Below, in pieces: positions 18,712-28,080 of a stretch of DNA of 64,000 bases (its first letter is position 1; each line of letters opens with the position of its first letter). The notes under the pieces were generated by a model. The model was not told the origin of the DNA, did no database searches, and worked only from the letters and a program-made list of their open reading frames with translations. Both the position numbers and the translations under genes were made by a program. The DNA is from an uncultured bacterium (lineage in GTDB: Bacteria > Omnitrophota > Omnitrophia > Omnitrophales > Abzuiibacteriaceae). The stretch spans positions 50,481-114,480 of the forward strand of contig CAYLXA010000007.1 of assembly GCA_964387845.1 (NCBI GenBank), in the 5' to 3' direction.

Positions 18712-21087
18712 TCACTTTTTAACTACTACATTGTCATAAAAGGTATGCGCCCGATAACTTTTAAATCCAATTTTTCCTGACGAAAAAGCTGAGTCGGTAG
18801 CTTTAATTTTTAATACATCATTGAGATAAACCTGGATTTCATTTCCTTTTGTCACAATCCGCAATTGATAAACCTTATCCTGCTGAACCAATGTTCGTTC
18901 ACTGCCTAAATCAGCCACTACCCCCTTTTGCTTCTTCTGCAGCTTAATTTCACGCCTTGATTTGTCTAATAAAACCGCATAATAATTGTTGGGGTCGTGA
19001 TAATGAAAAACAAGTCCTGCCACATTATCCCCGACCAACAACTCCTTGCCCAACTTAATATCAGCTTGAAACATATAATCACGCCAATTGCTATTTCTGG
19101 ACACCGAAATCGCATCCAGAAAATCGATGGTTTTTGCGCCGTAATCAATCTTAAATTGTCTTTCAATCGGCAAGCCAAAGCTGTAAAGTTTGGTATTGTG
19201 GGTAGAGTCTGCGGATCCTTGCCAATATGCTTCTGCTAAATCCCAGCGATATGAGCTTTTCTGCACTGCATGCACTTCCATATGATTTTTGTAAATTTCA
19301 ACATAGCGATATTCTCCCATATTATTAAAACCGGTTGTATGAACATAATAAATATTATCTGATTTTTTTAAGCCGCTGACATGAGAATGCCCTGCAAATT
19401 CAGCCACAACACGCCCGCTGGCCTCCAGAATATCCTTAACATCGTTCGAATTCCCGCCGCCCCACCAATAACTAAAAGCGTCTCCATCGTCCCTGATCCT
19501 GGTATGTCCATAATGACAAAATAAAATAACCCGTTTGTTCTTATTTGATGCCAACTGATGCCGCAGCCATTTTGTATAATTTAAAAAATCAGGATCATTC
19601 TTTTTACTACCATACGTTACACTTGAATCTTCAGTCAAAAAAAGAAAATCTCCATAACTCCAACCATAGAAACGTTTATCCGCACCAAAAACATCTGACC
19701 AGTGTTTGCCTTTTGGTGTTTTTCTTCGAAGGTCTTCGACCCAATCATGGTTTCCAAGAATGGGATAATACGGAATTAAAAGCTGATCAAAAGCATCTTT
19801 AACAATTCGCATTTCATCCGTCGTTCCACTATCAGTCAAATCTCCTGTAATTACGACAAAAGCTGGAAGCGGGAAATGCCGGCTCTTATTTGTATCGGAA
19901 ACAAAATCGCGGAGGTCCTGCAGGTCTTGATCGTGATGATCACGGTAATGAGTATCGCTGAGTACCATAAAAGAAAACAAAGGCTTTTCCCTGACTTCAA
20001 GCAATAAAATGGTAGAATTTTGTCTGTCATTGACCGTGACCTTATAAGTTCCTAGTTCATTCAGATTCATGGAAAACGCATCCGGAAACGTTGCAGAACA
20101 ACTTGATTGCCCCAAGCAGTCAGATGGATAAATCGGACCATAGATTTTCCCGGAAGGACTAACGATGGAAACCTGGATAGATTCAAAATCCAGGCTTGAG
20201 CTAAAACGAAGAGTTGTTTTACCGTCTTGATAGAAATGCGGCGGCCATGCTTCAGCTTTCAATACCGGCAGGACTTCGATGTCATCAAATTCAAACATGC
20301 CCCCATAAGCTCCTAAACCGATTGTGCCGGATGGAAACGAGCGATCATGCACAATTATATCCGGAATTTGATCTTCGGTTTTATCAAGCCAAATTTTAAT
20401 TTCAGACCCGACAACCAAAGCAATAACATTATAAGCCTCTTTGTTCTCGGGAATGGCAACGCTAGCCAGCCGGTCACCAAATTTTCCATCAATTTTTTTA
20501 TATAAATCAAGAATTCCTCTTCTCCGGAAAAGCAGAGCATAGGAATTGTCATCTTCCTTATTCGCCATCGTAAGCCGGAAATAAAGAATGGCGGCCCCAA
20601 AATCACCAGGGGCTTTCTTGCACGCAATGCTAGCTTGAATTCGATAGTCAGACCACTGCATAAATTTTTTGTCAGAAGGAATGCTTAAGGCAATGTCGGA
20701 ACCTTTCGTTATATACCGATCATTTTCAATGATAAAAACTCCCCGTTTATTAGCCCACAATTGATTGCTAGTAGTATTACTATTAAAATTATCAAAAAAT
20801 AATGTTTGCGAATCTTTTGGTTCAAATCCTGCGCTTGGATTATCCGGGACTATTTCATAACTGTCGCCCACGGTTCTCTGCTGATATTCTCCATTGATCT
20901 GGACCCAGGCGCCGGACACAGCCTGCCAATGAGCAGGATTTACGGCTGAGAAATCGTCTGAAAAGACAACTGATGTTTGTTCAATATTTTGAGAGCAACC
21001 GGCCGCTAGAGCAAGAATAATCCATACGGCTTGGGTTAATAAATGGTGGGTCACTTTTCCAGAAATTCCCTGAGAGAGTAATTTCAT
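18712..21087 (-). CDS. Secreted lipoprotein: metallophosphoesterase flanked by two ConA-like/DUF1080 domains (paralog 2)
   Basis: 791 aa; same architecture and long identical stretches as 16173..18542 (e.g. YVHTTGFNNMGEY.YVEIY); lipobox LAAGCS. Confidence 0.7.
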   Translation of the reverse strand: MKLLSQGISGKVTHHLLTQAVWIILALAAGCSQNIEQTSVVFSDDFSAVNPAHWQAVSGAWVQINGEYQQRTVGDSYEIVPDNPSAGFEPKDSQTLFFDNFNSNTTSNQLWANKRGVFIIENDRYITKGSDIALSIPSDKKFMQWSDYRIQASIACKKAPGDFGAAILYFRLTMANKEDDNSYALLFRRRGILDLYKKIDGKFGDRLASVAIPENKEAYNVIALVVGSEIKIWLDKTEDQIPDIIVHDRSFPSGTIGLGAYGGMFEFDDIEVLPVLKAEAWPPHFYQDGKTTLRFSSSLDFESIQVSIVSPSGKIYGPIYPSDCLGQSSCSATFPDAFSMNLNELGTYKVTVNDRQNSTILLLEVREKPLFSFMVLSDTHYRDHHDQDLQDLRDFVSDTNKSRHFPLPAFVVITGDLTDSGTTDEMRIVKDAFDQLLIPYYPILGNHDWVEDLRRKTPKGKHWSDVFGADKRFYGWSYGDFLFLTEDSSVTYGSKKNDPDFLNYTKWLRHQLASNKNKRVILFCHYGHTRIRDDGDAFSYWWGGGNSNDVKDILEASGRVVAEFAGHSHVSGLKKSDNIYYVHTTGFNNMGEYRYVEIYKNHMEVHAVQKSSYRWDLAEAYWQGSADSTHNTKLYSFGLPIERQFKIDYGAKTIDFLDAISVSRNSNWRDYMFQADIKLGKELLVGDNVAGLVFHYHDPNNYYAVLLDKSRREIKLQKKQKGVVADLGSERTLVQQDKVYQLRIVTKGNEIQVYLNDVLKIKATDSAFSSGKIGFKSYRAHTFYDNVVVKK

Positions 21088-21308
21088 TGCAATCGCCTAC
21101 CGCACTGTGCCATCGAAAATGGTCGGAGCGAGAGGGGTCATGCGGTACGAGGCATTCCTTGTGCCGCGACAGCACGCACTCACGCATCGGCGTGAGTGTC
21201 ACGTTCTCGCCCACGATTTCGGTAGCTCCACGTCGCAGCTTCGCTGCTCCTGGAGCGATACTCGCCTATCATTGCTATTCACCTAGAACTATCTACTGTA
21301 GGCGAGTA

Positions 21309-21382
21309 TCGGGGCGAGAGGAGTTGAACCTCCGACCTCACGGTCCCGAACCGTGCGCTCTACCAAGCTAAGCTACGCCCCG
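21309..21382 (-). tRNA. tRNA-Pro (anticodon CGG)
   Basis: Cloverleaf folds by hand: acceptor CGGGGCG/CGCCCCG, D-arm GCTT..GAGC, anticodon arm CACGG-TTCGGGA-CCGTG, T-arm GGAGG-TTCAACT-CCTCT, discriminator A; CCA not encoded. Confidence 0.85.
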
Positions 21383-21527
21383 ATGTTTGCCTACTTTAGA
21401 ACTTCCCAGATGTTTATTCATTAAAGGCAAACATCGCCCTGATGCGGCTTGTGCTGAATCAGGGCTTCGCCAATTCGAATAAGTCCAGATATGGTCTAAA
21501 AAGAAGATTGATAATATACCAAGGAGG

Positions 21528-22895
21528 TTAGATTTTCAAATACTGAATCAACGCCTTTCGGCTCTTGCCGAACGAACCCTTCCAAAGCGAAACCAATTGA
21601 TCCGCTTGGGTTTTCCCGGTTTTTAGAACTTCATGCTTCAAAGGCTCCAGGAAAATCCGCTCATCCTGCTCCGCCGCGTTGAAAGACGGATGCTTCTCGA
21701 GGCCTTTTTCGCTTAACTTCACAAGCTGCTTGGCAATATCCAAAATGGGTTTGCCTTTTACTTTTGCCTTCAGGCCTTGAGTTTCGACATCTTGATGAAG
21801 TTTGAGGAAATCTTTCTCGGTCCACTTTTTGATTAATGCGCAGGCTTCAAGCCGCGCTTCATCGTCATACAAAATTCCCTTCCAGAACGCCGCAACCGCC
21901 GGAATCATATGCGAACGCTGGCCGTCAGCGCCGCGGATTTCCAAATACTGCTTGAAACGCGCTTCCGGAAATACGGTGCTTAAATGAAGCGCGAAATCTT
22001 CCTCGGTGGCATGTTCGCCGCGAAAACCTTTTTCGATGAATTTCCGGAATGTTAAATTCGGAATATTAATCCATTTCCCTTTTCGAACAATGAACATCAT
22101 CGGAAGGTCTAATAAATAATTTAAATATGCATCGAATGAAGCTTGCGGGCACAGAAGCTTTTCCAAGAGGCCGGAGCGCTGGGGATCCGTGTAACGCCAA
22201 ATATGGAGCCGTTCGGTCGCAAATCCGCTCGGGCGGCCCTTCGAGAATGAGGAATTGGCAAACATTGCCGATACGATGGACGCGAGGCGCATCGCGATGC
22301 ACATTTTTTCAAACGCGTCATGTTCGCTCGAATAATCAAACGAGACTTGATTGGAAGCCGTCCGCTTCATCATGTCGTGCGCCAGGCGGCCGCGCTTTCC
22401 CAAATATTTTGACATAATGCCGTAACGAAACTTCGGGACCCACTCGATTTTTGCAGTCTGGCTAAAAGGCTGGATTCCGTAAGCCAAAAATTCAATGTGG
22501 CCGATAAACTGCGCGACGGTTTTTAATTGAAAGAAAAAATCATCCAGTTGGGCGCGGATTTGATGAACGCTTTTAACGGGCTCAGCGCTCAGTTCGATTT
22601 GACCTCCGGGTTCCAATGCAACAAAATTAGAACCCTTCTTCAAACCGATCGTATGATCATTTTCGATGATTTTTTCGTAGCCGAATTCATACGCCAGTTC
22701 ATTCAATACTGCTTCAATACCCCGCATTCCCGAATATGGGAGCGCTTCACCGGTTTTATCGTCAACGGCCAACAGTTCGCACTCAACGCCCACCAGCCGC
22801 TCGGAAGTCGGCTTGGCAAAACGGTGAAAATATTGCTGTAAAACATTAACTGATTTAAGGCGCTTTTGATGGTCTGACTGAAGAAATGTGCTCAT
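21528..22895 (-). CDS. gshA: Glutamate--cysteine ligase, plant/proteobacterial GCS2 type
   Basis: 455 aa; VALEPGGQIELSAEP, VPKFRYGIMSKY, HDMMKRTASNQVSFDYSSE, MFANSSF match plant-type gamma-GCS blocks. Confidence 0.75.
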   Translation of the reverse strand: MSTFLQSDHQKRLKSVNVLQQYFHRFAKPTSERLVGVECELLAVDDKTGEALPYSGMRGIEAVLNELAYEFGYEKIIENDHTIGLKKGSNFVALEPGGQIELSAEPVKSVHQIRAQLDDFFFQLKTVAQFIGHIEFLAYGIQPFSQTAKIEWVPKFRYGIMSKYLGKRGRLAHDMMKRTASNQVSFDYSSEHDAFEKMCIAMRLASIVSAMFANSSFSKGRPSGFATERLHIWRYTDPQRSGLLEKLLCPQASFDAYLNYLLDLPMMFIVRKGKWINIPNLTFRKFIEKGFRGEHATEEDFALHLSTVFPEARFKQYLEIRGADGQRSHMIPAVAAFWKGILYDDEARLEACALIKKWTEKDFLKLHQDVETQGLKAKVKGKPILDIAKQLVKLSEKGLEKHPSFNAAEQDERIFLEPLKHEVLKTGKTQADQLVSLWKGSFGKSRKALIQYLKI

Positions 22896-22940
22896 AGATT
22901 TGCTTGTCTGTTCCCTTAATCTCCGCTAAGATTTTACACT

Positions 22941-23900
22941 ATGAAACACTCGAACCGGAAAAATATTTTGTTCGTGATGGACCCGCCGGAGAAAATCCTG
23001 CTTGAATTTGACACCTCTCTGGCCATCATGATGGAAGCGATGGGCCGCAGCCACCGGGTTTTTTACACGGAACCGCATGAATTATCACTGGCCAATGGTG
23101 CATTGAACGGAATGGCGCGTGAGGTCGAGTCTGCCGGCCGAGAATCGGGATTTCGATTTAAGGCAGCACGCCTTTCTTCAATCAGTGAATTTGATGCGGT
23201 TTTGATACGCAAAGACCCGCCCGTTGATATTCACTATTTCAATATGCTTTACTTGCTGGATTATGCCGTGAAAAAAACTTTGGTCATTAATTCCCCTTCC
23301 GGCATCCGCCAAGCCAATGAAAAACTTTTTCCGTTTTACTTCAAAGATTTGATGCCGCCTTCCGTCGCCACATCACAAGAATCTGAGATTCTAAAATTTC
23401 AGGAGCACGTCAATTCCGATGTCATTTTAAAACCGCTCAACCGAAAAGGCGGTGAAGGAATTTTGCTTTTAAAAAAATCGGCTTCGGCAAAATCAAAATC
23501 TGAAAAGATCAAGAAAGTCACACGCGGCGGTTTGGAAACCATTTTGGCCCAGAAATTTATCAAAGCAGGAATCACGGAAGGCGACCGGCGGATTTTATTG
23601 TGGGACGGTGAAATCCTGGGCGCTTTCGGCCGTGTGCCGAAATTCGGCGAATATCGCTCCAATCTGTCGCTTGGCGGATCGATGAAGAAAATCGAAGCAA
23701 CCAAGCAAGAACAAAGAATGGTTCAGAAATTGAGACCGACTTTAAAAAAGCTGGGCCTTATTTTTGTCGGAATCGATATGATTGACGGCTGGATGACCGA
23801 AATCAATGTCACAAGTCCTGCCGGCATTACGGAAATTGACGAACTTTATAATGCACATGTTGAATCCCGCGTTTTAGATTCGTTGGAAAAATGGATGTAG
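22941..23900 (+). CDS. gshB: Glutathione synthetase (prokaryotic ATP-grasp type)
   Basis: 319 aa; blocks ILFVMDP, VLIRKDPP, VINSPSGIRQANEKLF, VILKPL, GEYRSNLSLGG, EINVTSP match E. coli GshB. Confidence 0.8.
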   Translation: MKHSNRKNILFVMDPPEKILLEFDTSLAIMMEAMGRSHRVFYTEPHELSLANGALNGMAREVESAGRESGFRFKAARLSSISEFDAVLIRKDPPVDIHYFNMLYLLDYAVKKTLVINSPSGIRQANEKLFPFYFKDLMPPSVATSQESEILKFQEHVNSDVILKPLNRKGGEGILLLKKSASAKSKSEKIKKVTRGGLETILAQKFIKAGITEGDRRILLWDGEILGAFGRVPKFGEYRSNLSLGGSMKKIEATKQEQRMVQKLRPTLKKLGLIFVGIDMIDGWMTEINVTSPAGITEIDELYNAHVESRVLDSLEKWM

Positions 23901-23917
23901 CCGCAATAAGCCGGAAT

Positions 23918-25735
23918 TTATCTGGCGGCAGTAACGGGAATGGAAGGATTTGCGGGCGAACTAACAACTTTCTTTGCGGCGGTTTCTTTTTGCTGGTTAA
24001 TTTTGTCCGTCTTTAATTTACTCTCCGGCTCTTCATTCGGAAAATAACCCAAGTAACGCAAGCTGTCTTCAATCACCTCCTGAAAAACCGGTGCAGCCAC
24101 GACACCGCCGTAATAAGCGCCGCGCGGCTCATCAATCACAACGAGCATCGCCAACATGGGGTTATCGGCCGGTGCATAGCCCACGAATGAGCCCACATGC
24201 TTAGAATGTGAGTAAGTGCCATTCTCCAGTTTTTGTGATGTGCCGGTTTTCCCCGCAACTTTAATTCCTTTGATGGCGGCAGCTTTTCCGGTTCCGCCCT
24301 CACCCACTACGAGTTGAAGCATTTCATTAATCACTTCTGCTGTTTCCGGCTCCACCACCATTTGCCGGACCATCGGCTCCGTTTGTTTTAAAACAACACC
24401 TTCGTTATCTTTAATTTCACGAATCATAAACGGCCGCACAAGCCGGCCGCCGTTTGCGATCACAGAAACCGCGTTCAACATCTGCATACCGGTCGCCGCA
24501 ACTTCTTGGCCGTACGGAACCGATGTAATAGAAATCTTGGACCATTTATTCAAAGGATGCACAATGCCGTTTACTTCGCCGGGCAAATCAATACCGGTTT
24601 GCTGTCCAAAGCCGAACTTACGGATATATTCATAAAGTCCTTTTTCACCAAGCCGCATCGCGATTTTGACCGTACCGATGTTGCTTGATTTTTGCATGAC
24701 TTGGGGAAATGTGAGCATGCCGTAAGGATGGACGTCGTGGATCACGCGGGATCTTGTGATTTGCCAAGTCCCTTTTTCGCAGTTAAATTGATCCGCAATC
24801 GACACTTTTCCGGCATCAAACGCCGCAGCGGCTGTCACAATTTTAAAAACAGAGCCGGGTTCATAAATATCCGTGATTGCGCGATTACGCCGCTCAGCCG
24901 GGTCGCCCGCGCTGATGCTTTCGTTTGGATTAAACGTGGGCCGGTTCGCCATGGCCAAAATTTCACCCGTATTCGGATTCATCACAACCGCTGAAGCGCC
25001 CTTGGCTTTCCATTTTTTGAAAGCTTCATCGAGGCTTCGCTCTGTCAGATATTGGATATATTGATCGATCGTGAGCGTGATGTTGGCTCCGTCCACCGGC
25101 GGCACCAACTTTTCTTCAAACGCGACGACTTCGCGGCCCAACGCATCCCGCTTCGTGAACCGGTAACCGGTCCGGCCCTTCAGAAATTTATCGTGGATCA
25201 TTTCGATGCCTTCAATGCCCTGATTGTCGATATCACAGAATCCGATGATGTTGGCAAACAACTCGCCGTTCGGATAAAGCCGTTTATTCTCATAAACAAT
25301 CCCGAGCTTCTGGCTCTTCATATCGCGGATGGCGTCGGCTTCTTTTTGGCTTGCGTGGCGCTTGAGCCACACAAACGCTTTGTCGCGTTCGATCCGTGAC
25401 ATGATAAACGCCTTGTCCTTGTCCAGGATTTTTGAGAGTGTGCGCGCCATTTCTTCTTTGTCGCGAATTATACGCGGCACCGCGTAAATCGAAGGAACTT
25501 TGATGTTCATCGCCAGCTCTTTCATGTTCCGGTCGAGGATCCGGCCGCGGTTTTGTTTGATTTCAACCACGAGGCTGTGCTGGCGGTCAACAAGCTGAAG
25601 GAGGGCGTCGCGTTCAATAAAGCTGAGGCGGATAAGCTGGCCCGTAATGAGCAGGAAAATGGCGATGACGCCTATGTGGATAACCCAAAACCTTCTTTCA
25701 GAAATTCGGGCTAGCATATGGGATGCCGGTGTCAA
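23918..25735 (-). CDS. ftsI: Peptidoglycan D,D-transpeptidase (PBP2/FtsI class B PBP)
   Basis: 605 aa; N-terminal TM, PBP dimerisation and transpeptidase domains; position after ftsL in dcw cluster. Confidence 0.85.
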   Translation of the reverse strand: MTPASHMLARISERRFWVIHIGVIAIFLLITGQLIRLSFIERDALLQLVDRQHSLVVEIKQNRGRILDRNMKELAMNIKVPSIYAVPRIIRDKEEMARTLSKILDKDKAFIMSRIERDKAFVWLKRHASQKEADAIRDMKSQKLGIVYENKRLYPNGELFANIIGFCDIDNQGIEGIEMIHDKFLKGRTGYRFTKRDALGREVVAFEEKLVPPVDGANITLTIDQYIQYLTERSLDEAFKKWKAKGASAVVMNPNTGEILAMANRPTFNPNESISAGDPAERRNRAITDIYEPGSVFKIVTAAAAFDAGKVSIADQFNCEKGTWQITRSRVIHDVHPYGMLTFPQVMQKSSNIGTVKIAMRLGEKGLYEYIRKFGFGQQTGIDLPGEVNGIVHPLNKWSKISITSVPYGQEVAATGMQMLNAVSVIANGGRLVRPFMIREIKDNEGVVLKQTEPMVRQMVVEPETAEVINEMLQLVVGEGGTGKAAAIKGIKVAGKTGTSQKLENGTYSHSKHVGSFVGYAPADNPMLAMLVVIDEPRGAYYGGVVAAPVFQEVIEDSLRYLGYFPNEEPESKLKTDKINQQKETAAKKVVSSPANPSIPVTAAR

Positions 25736-25738
25736 TCG

Positions 25739-26122
25739 CTAACGCGACATTTTGGCCTGGGCTTCTTTAATAAACCCAACCACCGACGTAAGGCTCTTTT
25801 TCAGGAGCGGTGAATATTCCGAGTTCGGAACGGGCTCTTCCATGATTCTGGAAGAAGGCACCGGCACCCGGATGGTTTTTACTTTTTCCGGAGCCACCAG
25901 GCCGACGTCTTTTTCGCGGCGCTTTTTGTCTAAGTAATTGAGTGATTTTAAATGGGAAACTTCAAACTTGAGTTCGCGGTATTGGTCGGAAAGTTTCGAA
26001 AGTTTTTTTTCCTTTTCCGCGATGCTGTAGGAAACACGGAACACTTCCGTCTGAAGATGCACATAGCACAGCATCACAAACGTAACCGAAATAATGAGTG
26101 AAATCATGTTTTTGAATAACAT
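25739..26122 (-). CDS. ftsL: Cell division protein FtsL-like
   Basis: 127 aa bitopic protein with TM and coiled coil, between rsmH and ftsI. Confidence 0.5.
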   Translation of the reverse strand: MLFKNMISLIISVTFVMLCYVHLQTEVFRVSYSIAEKEKKLSKLSDQYRELKFEVSHLKSLNYLDKKRREKDVGLVAPEKVKTIRVPVPSSRIMEEPVPNSEYSPLLKKSLTSVVGFIKEAQAKMSR

Positions 26123-27052
26123 TTAATTTTCCGTCTTCCTTTTTTCCGCAATTCTTAATTTTGCACTGCGTGCACGGTCGTTGGCTTCGATTTCTTGCTC
26201 GCCCGGCACGATCGGTTTTTTGTTAATCAAGAGCAAATTGCCTTTTTCTTTCTCGGCCCGGAAGAAATTCTTAACGATCCTGTCTTCGAGCGAATGAAAC
26301 GTGATGACCGCAACCCGCCCGCCGGGCTTCAAAACCTTTAACGCTTGAGCGATGCCTTCTTCCAGCACTTCCAACTCCCCGTTCACCGCAATCCGGAGCG
26401 CTTGAAATACGCGCGTGGCCGGATGCAGCCTGCCGTACCTAACTTTGGCCGGAACCCGGCTTTCAATTAATTCCGCAAGCTCTCGGGTGGTCCGGATCGG
26501 TTTTGCTTGCCGCGCTTCCACAATCCATCTTGCAATCGTGCGCGATTTTCTTTCTTCGCCGAAGTGAAAGAACAAATCTGCCAACTCTTTTTCGGATAAG
26601 CCCGCCACCAAATCTGCGGCGGTCACTCCGCCCGATTGATCCATCCGCATATCAAGCGAGCCGTCAAAACGAAAACTAAAACCGCGTTCCGGCGTATCGA
26701 ATTGATAGGATGAGACGCCGATATCTAGTAAAACGGCATCTACAGATAAAACCTTAGATTGCGCTAGGATTTCACCCAGATTTCTGAAGTTGCTTTTAGC
26801 TAAAATAAGCTGATGCGAAAACGCTTGGAGCCGCTTGCGGCACCGGTTGATCGCTTCTTCATCTTGATCAAGGCCGATGAGAATTCCTTTTGGACCGATT
26901 TTTTTCAGAATTTCTTCCGCGTGGCCGCCGCCGCCCAGAGTGCCGTCAAGGACAACGGAACCTGCTTTTAAGCAAAGTCCTTCGAGGGTTTCTTGCAGCA
27001 AAACCGGGATATGGACGGATGATCGGGCCGCATTAGACACGGGACGCTTCAT
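26123..27052 (-). CDS. rsmH: 16S rRNA (cytosine1402-N4)-methyltransferase RsmH/MraW
   Basis: 309 aa; SAM-MTase with RsmH motifs (..VLDGTLGGGGHAEEIL.., ..DLGVSSYQ..). Confidence 0.9.
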   Translation of the reverse strand: MKRPVSNAARSSVHIPVLLQETLEGLCLKAGSVVLDGTLGGGGHAEEILKKIGPKGILIGLDQDEEAINRCRKRLQAFSHQLILAKSNFRNLGEILAQSKVLSVDAVLLDIGVSSYQFDTPERGFSFRFDGSLDMRMDQSGGVTAADLVAGLSEKELADLFFHFGEERKSRTIARWIVEARQAKPIRTTRELAELIESRVPAKVRYGRLHPATRVFQALRIAVNGELEVLEEGIAQALKVLKPGGRVAVITFHSLEDRIVKNFFRAEKEKGNLLLINKKPIVPGEQEIEANDRARSAKLRIAEKRKTEN

Positions 27053-27075
27053 GCGCGCTGAAAGCGCCCTTGGGT

Positions 27076-27420
27076 TTAATGAGCTGATCCGAAACTCTGG
27101 ATCGCTTCCGTTTTGGAGGCAAATGTAATAATGAAGCGCTCAAGGCCCAGCCGGTTAAACGTTTCCGAAATTTCAGGACGCGCAATCACGCGCAGCTCTT
27201 CGCCGCGTTTGGCGTGAATTTTCTGAAGCCGTTCGATGAGGATGCCGATCCCCGCAAAATCAAAACGTTTTGCTTTTGCGAGATCAAGAATGAAGCGCCG
27301 GTTGCGCTGATTAAGATAACGCGAAATGCGGCTTTTCATGTTCACCATCGTCGCTGCATTCAAGTCGCCGTTGCATGTGAGAACGCTGATATTCGATTTA
27401 TGATTTCCGTTTGCGCGCAT
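27076..27420 (-). CDS. STAS-domain protein (anti-sigma-factor antagonist-like) inserted between mraZ and rsmH
   Basis: Start chosen at MRANGNH.. (SD-like AAGGGGG upstream, avoids overlap with mraZ); SpoIIAA-like STAS pattern FILDLAKAKRFDFAGIGIL. Confidence 0.6.
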   Translation of the reverse strand: MRANGNHKSNISVLTCNGDLNAATMVNMKSRISRYLNQRNRRFILDLAKAKRFDFAGIGILIERLQKIHAKRGEELRVIARPEISETFNRLGLERFIITFASKTEAIQSFGSAH

Positions 27421-27424
27421 GATA

Positions 27425-27880
27425 TTAATCCCCCTTTTGTTTTGGCCGTTCAATCAGTTGTTCCGCAAGTTCTTCAAATGAGTTCAGGTTGCCTTTAAAA
27501 AATTCGTCCCACTTCTCTTTCGCCCAAATTTCGATACGGTCCGAGACGCCGATGATGACGACATCCGTCTTAATGTCTCCGTATTCCTTTAAATAAACCG
27601 GAAGTAAAATTCTGCCCTGCTTGTCGCACACCACTTCCACTGCCCCTGAAAAATAAAGCCTGTTGAATTTCCTGGATTCCTGGCGTGTAAACGGGACTTC
27701 GCGGAATTTCTTTTCCTGGTTTTTCCATTCTTCTTCGGTAAACACAAACAAGCAGCGATCGAGGCCGCGCGTCACGAAAAACTTTTCGACGTAGTTCTCT
27801 TTGAAAATTTCCCGGAATTTCGCGGGAATAATCACGCGATCTTTTGCATCTAACGAATGTCTGTATTCACCGTAAAACAT
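27425..27880 (-). CDS. mraZ: Transcriptional regulator MraZ
   Basis: Start at MFYGEYRHSLDAKDRVIIPAKFRE (canonical MraZ N-terminus); the track's longer ORF begins at an upstream GTG. Confidence 0.85.
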   Translation of the reverse strand: MFYGEYRHSLDAKDRVIIPAKFREIFKENYVEKFFVTRGLDRCLFVFTEEEWKNQEKKFREVPFTRQESRKFNRLYFSGAVEVVCDKQGRILLPVYLKEYGDIKTDVVIIGVSDRIEIWAKEKWDEFFKGNLNSFEELAEQLIERPKQKGD

Positions 27881-27944
27881 CCACAATCTCCCACTTTGTA
27901 CCACTTAATAGTCAAAGTATAAGCAGTTTTAGGAATAGCGTCAA
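27881..27944 (-). promoter_or_regulatory. sigma70-like promoter (TTGACG-17-TATACT) plus three GTGG direct repeats at 10-nt spacing (MraZ-box-like operator) abutting mraZ start
   Basis: Minus-strand reading: TTGACGctattcctaaaactgctTATACTttgactattaaGTGGtacaaaGTGGgagattGTGGatg; plus-strand CCAC at 27881, 27891, 27901. Confidence 0.5.
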
Positions 27945-28080
27945 CAACAATTTTTCACTTTTTTAAGGGCTGATAACAGATAAAAATGGGTCCCGGTGGG
28001 AGGAAAATAAACACAAAAATCCCCTGGAGAGATATGAGTCCTATTCGGAAAAACTTAGATTGAAGTGAGGAAAGAAACGC

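Noticed and set aside
21087-21371. 94-aa plus-strand ORF spanning the GC-rich region and tRNA-Pro
   Set aside because: Overlaps a confidently folded tRNA gene; the open frame is a by-product of high GC and absence of AT-rich stop codons.
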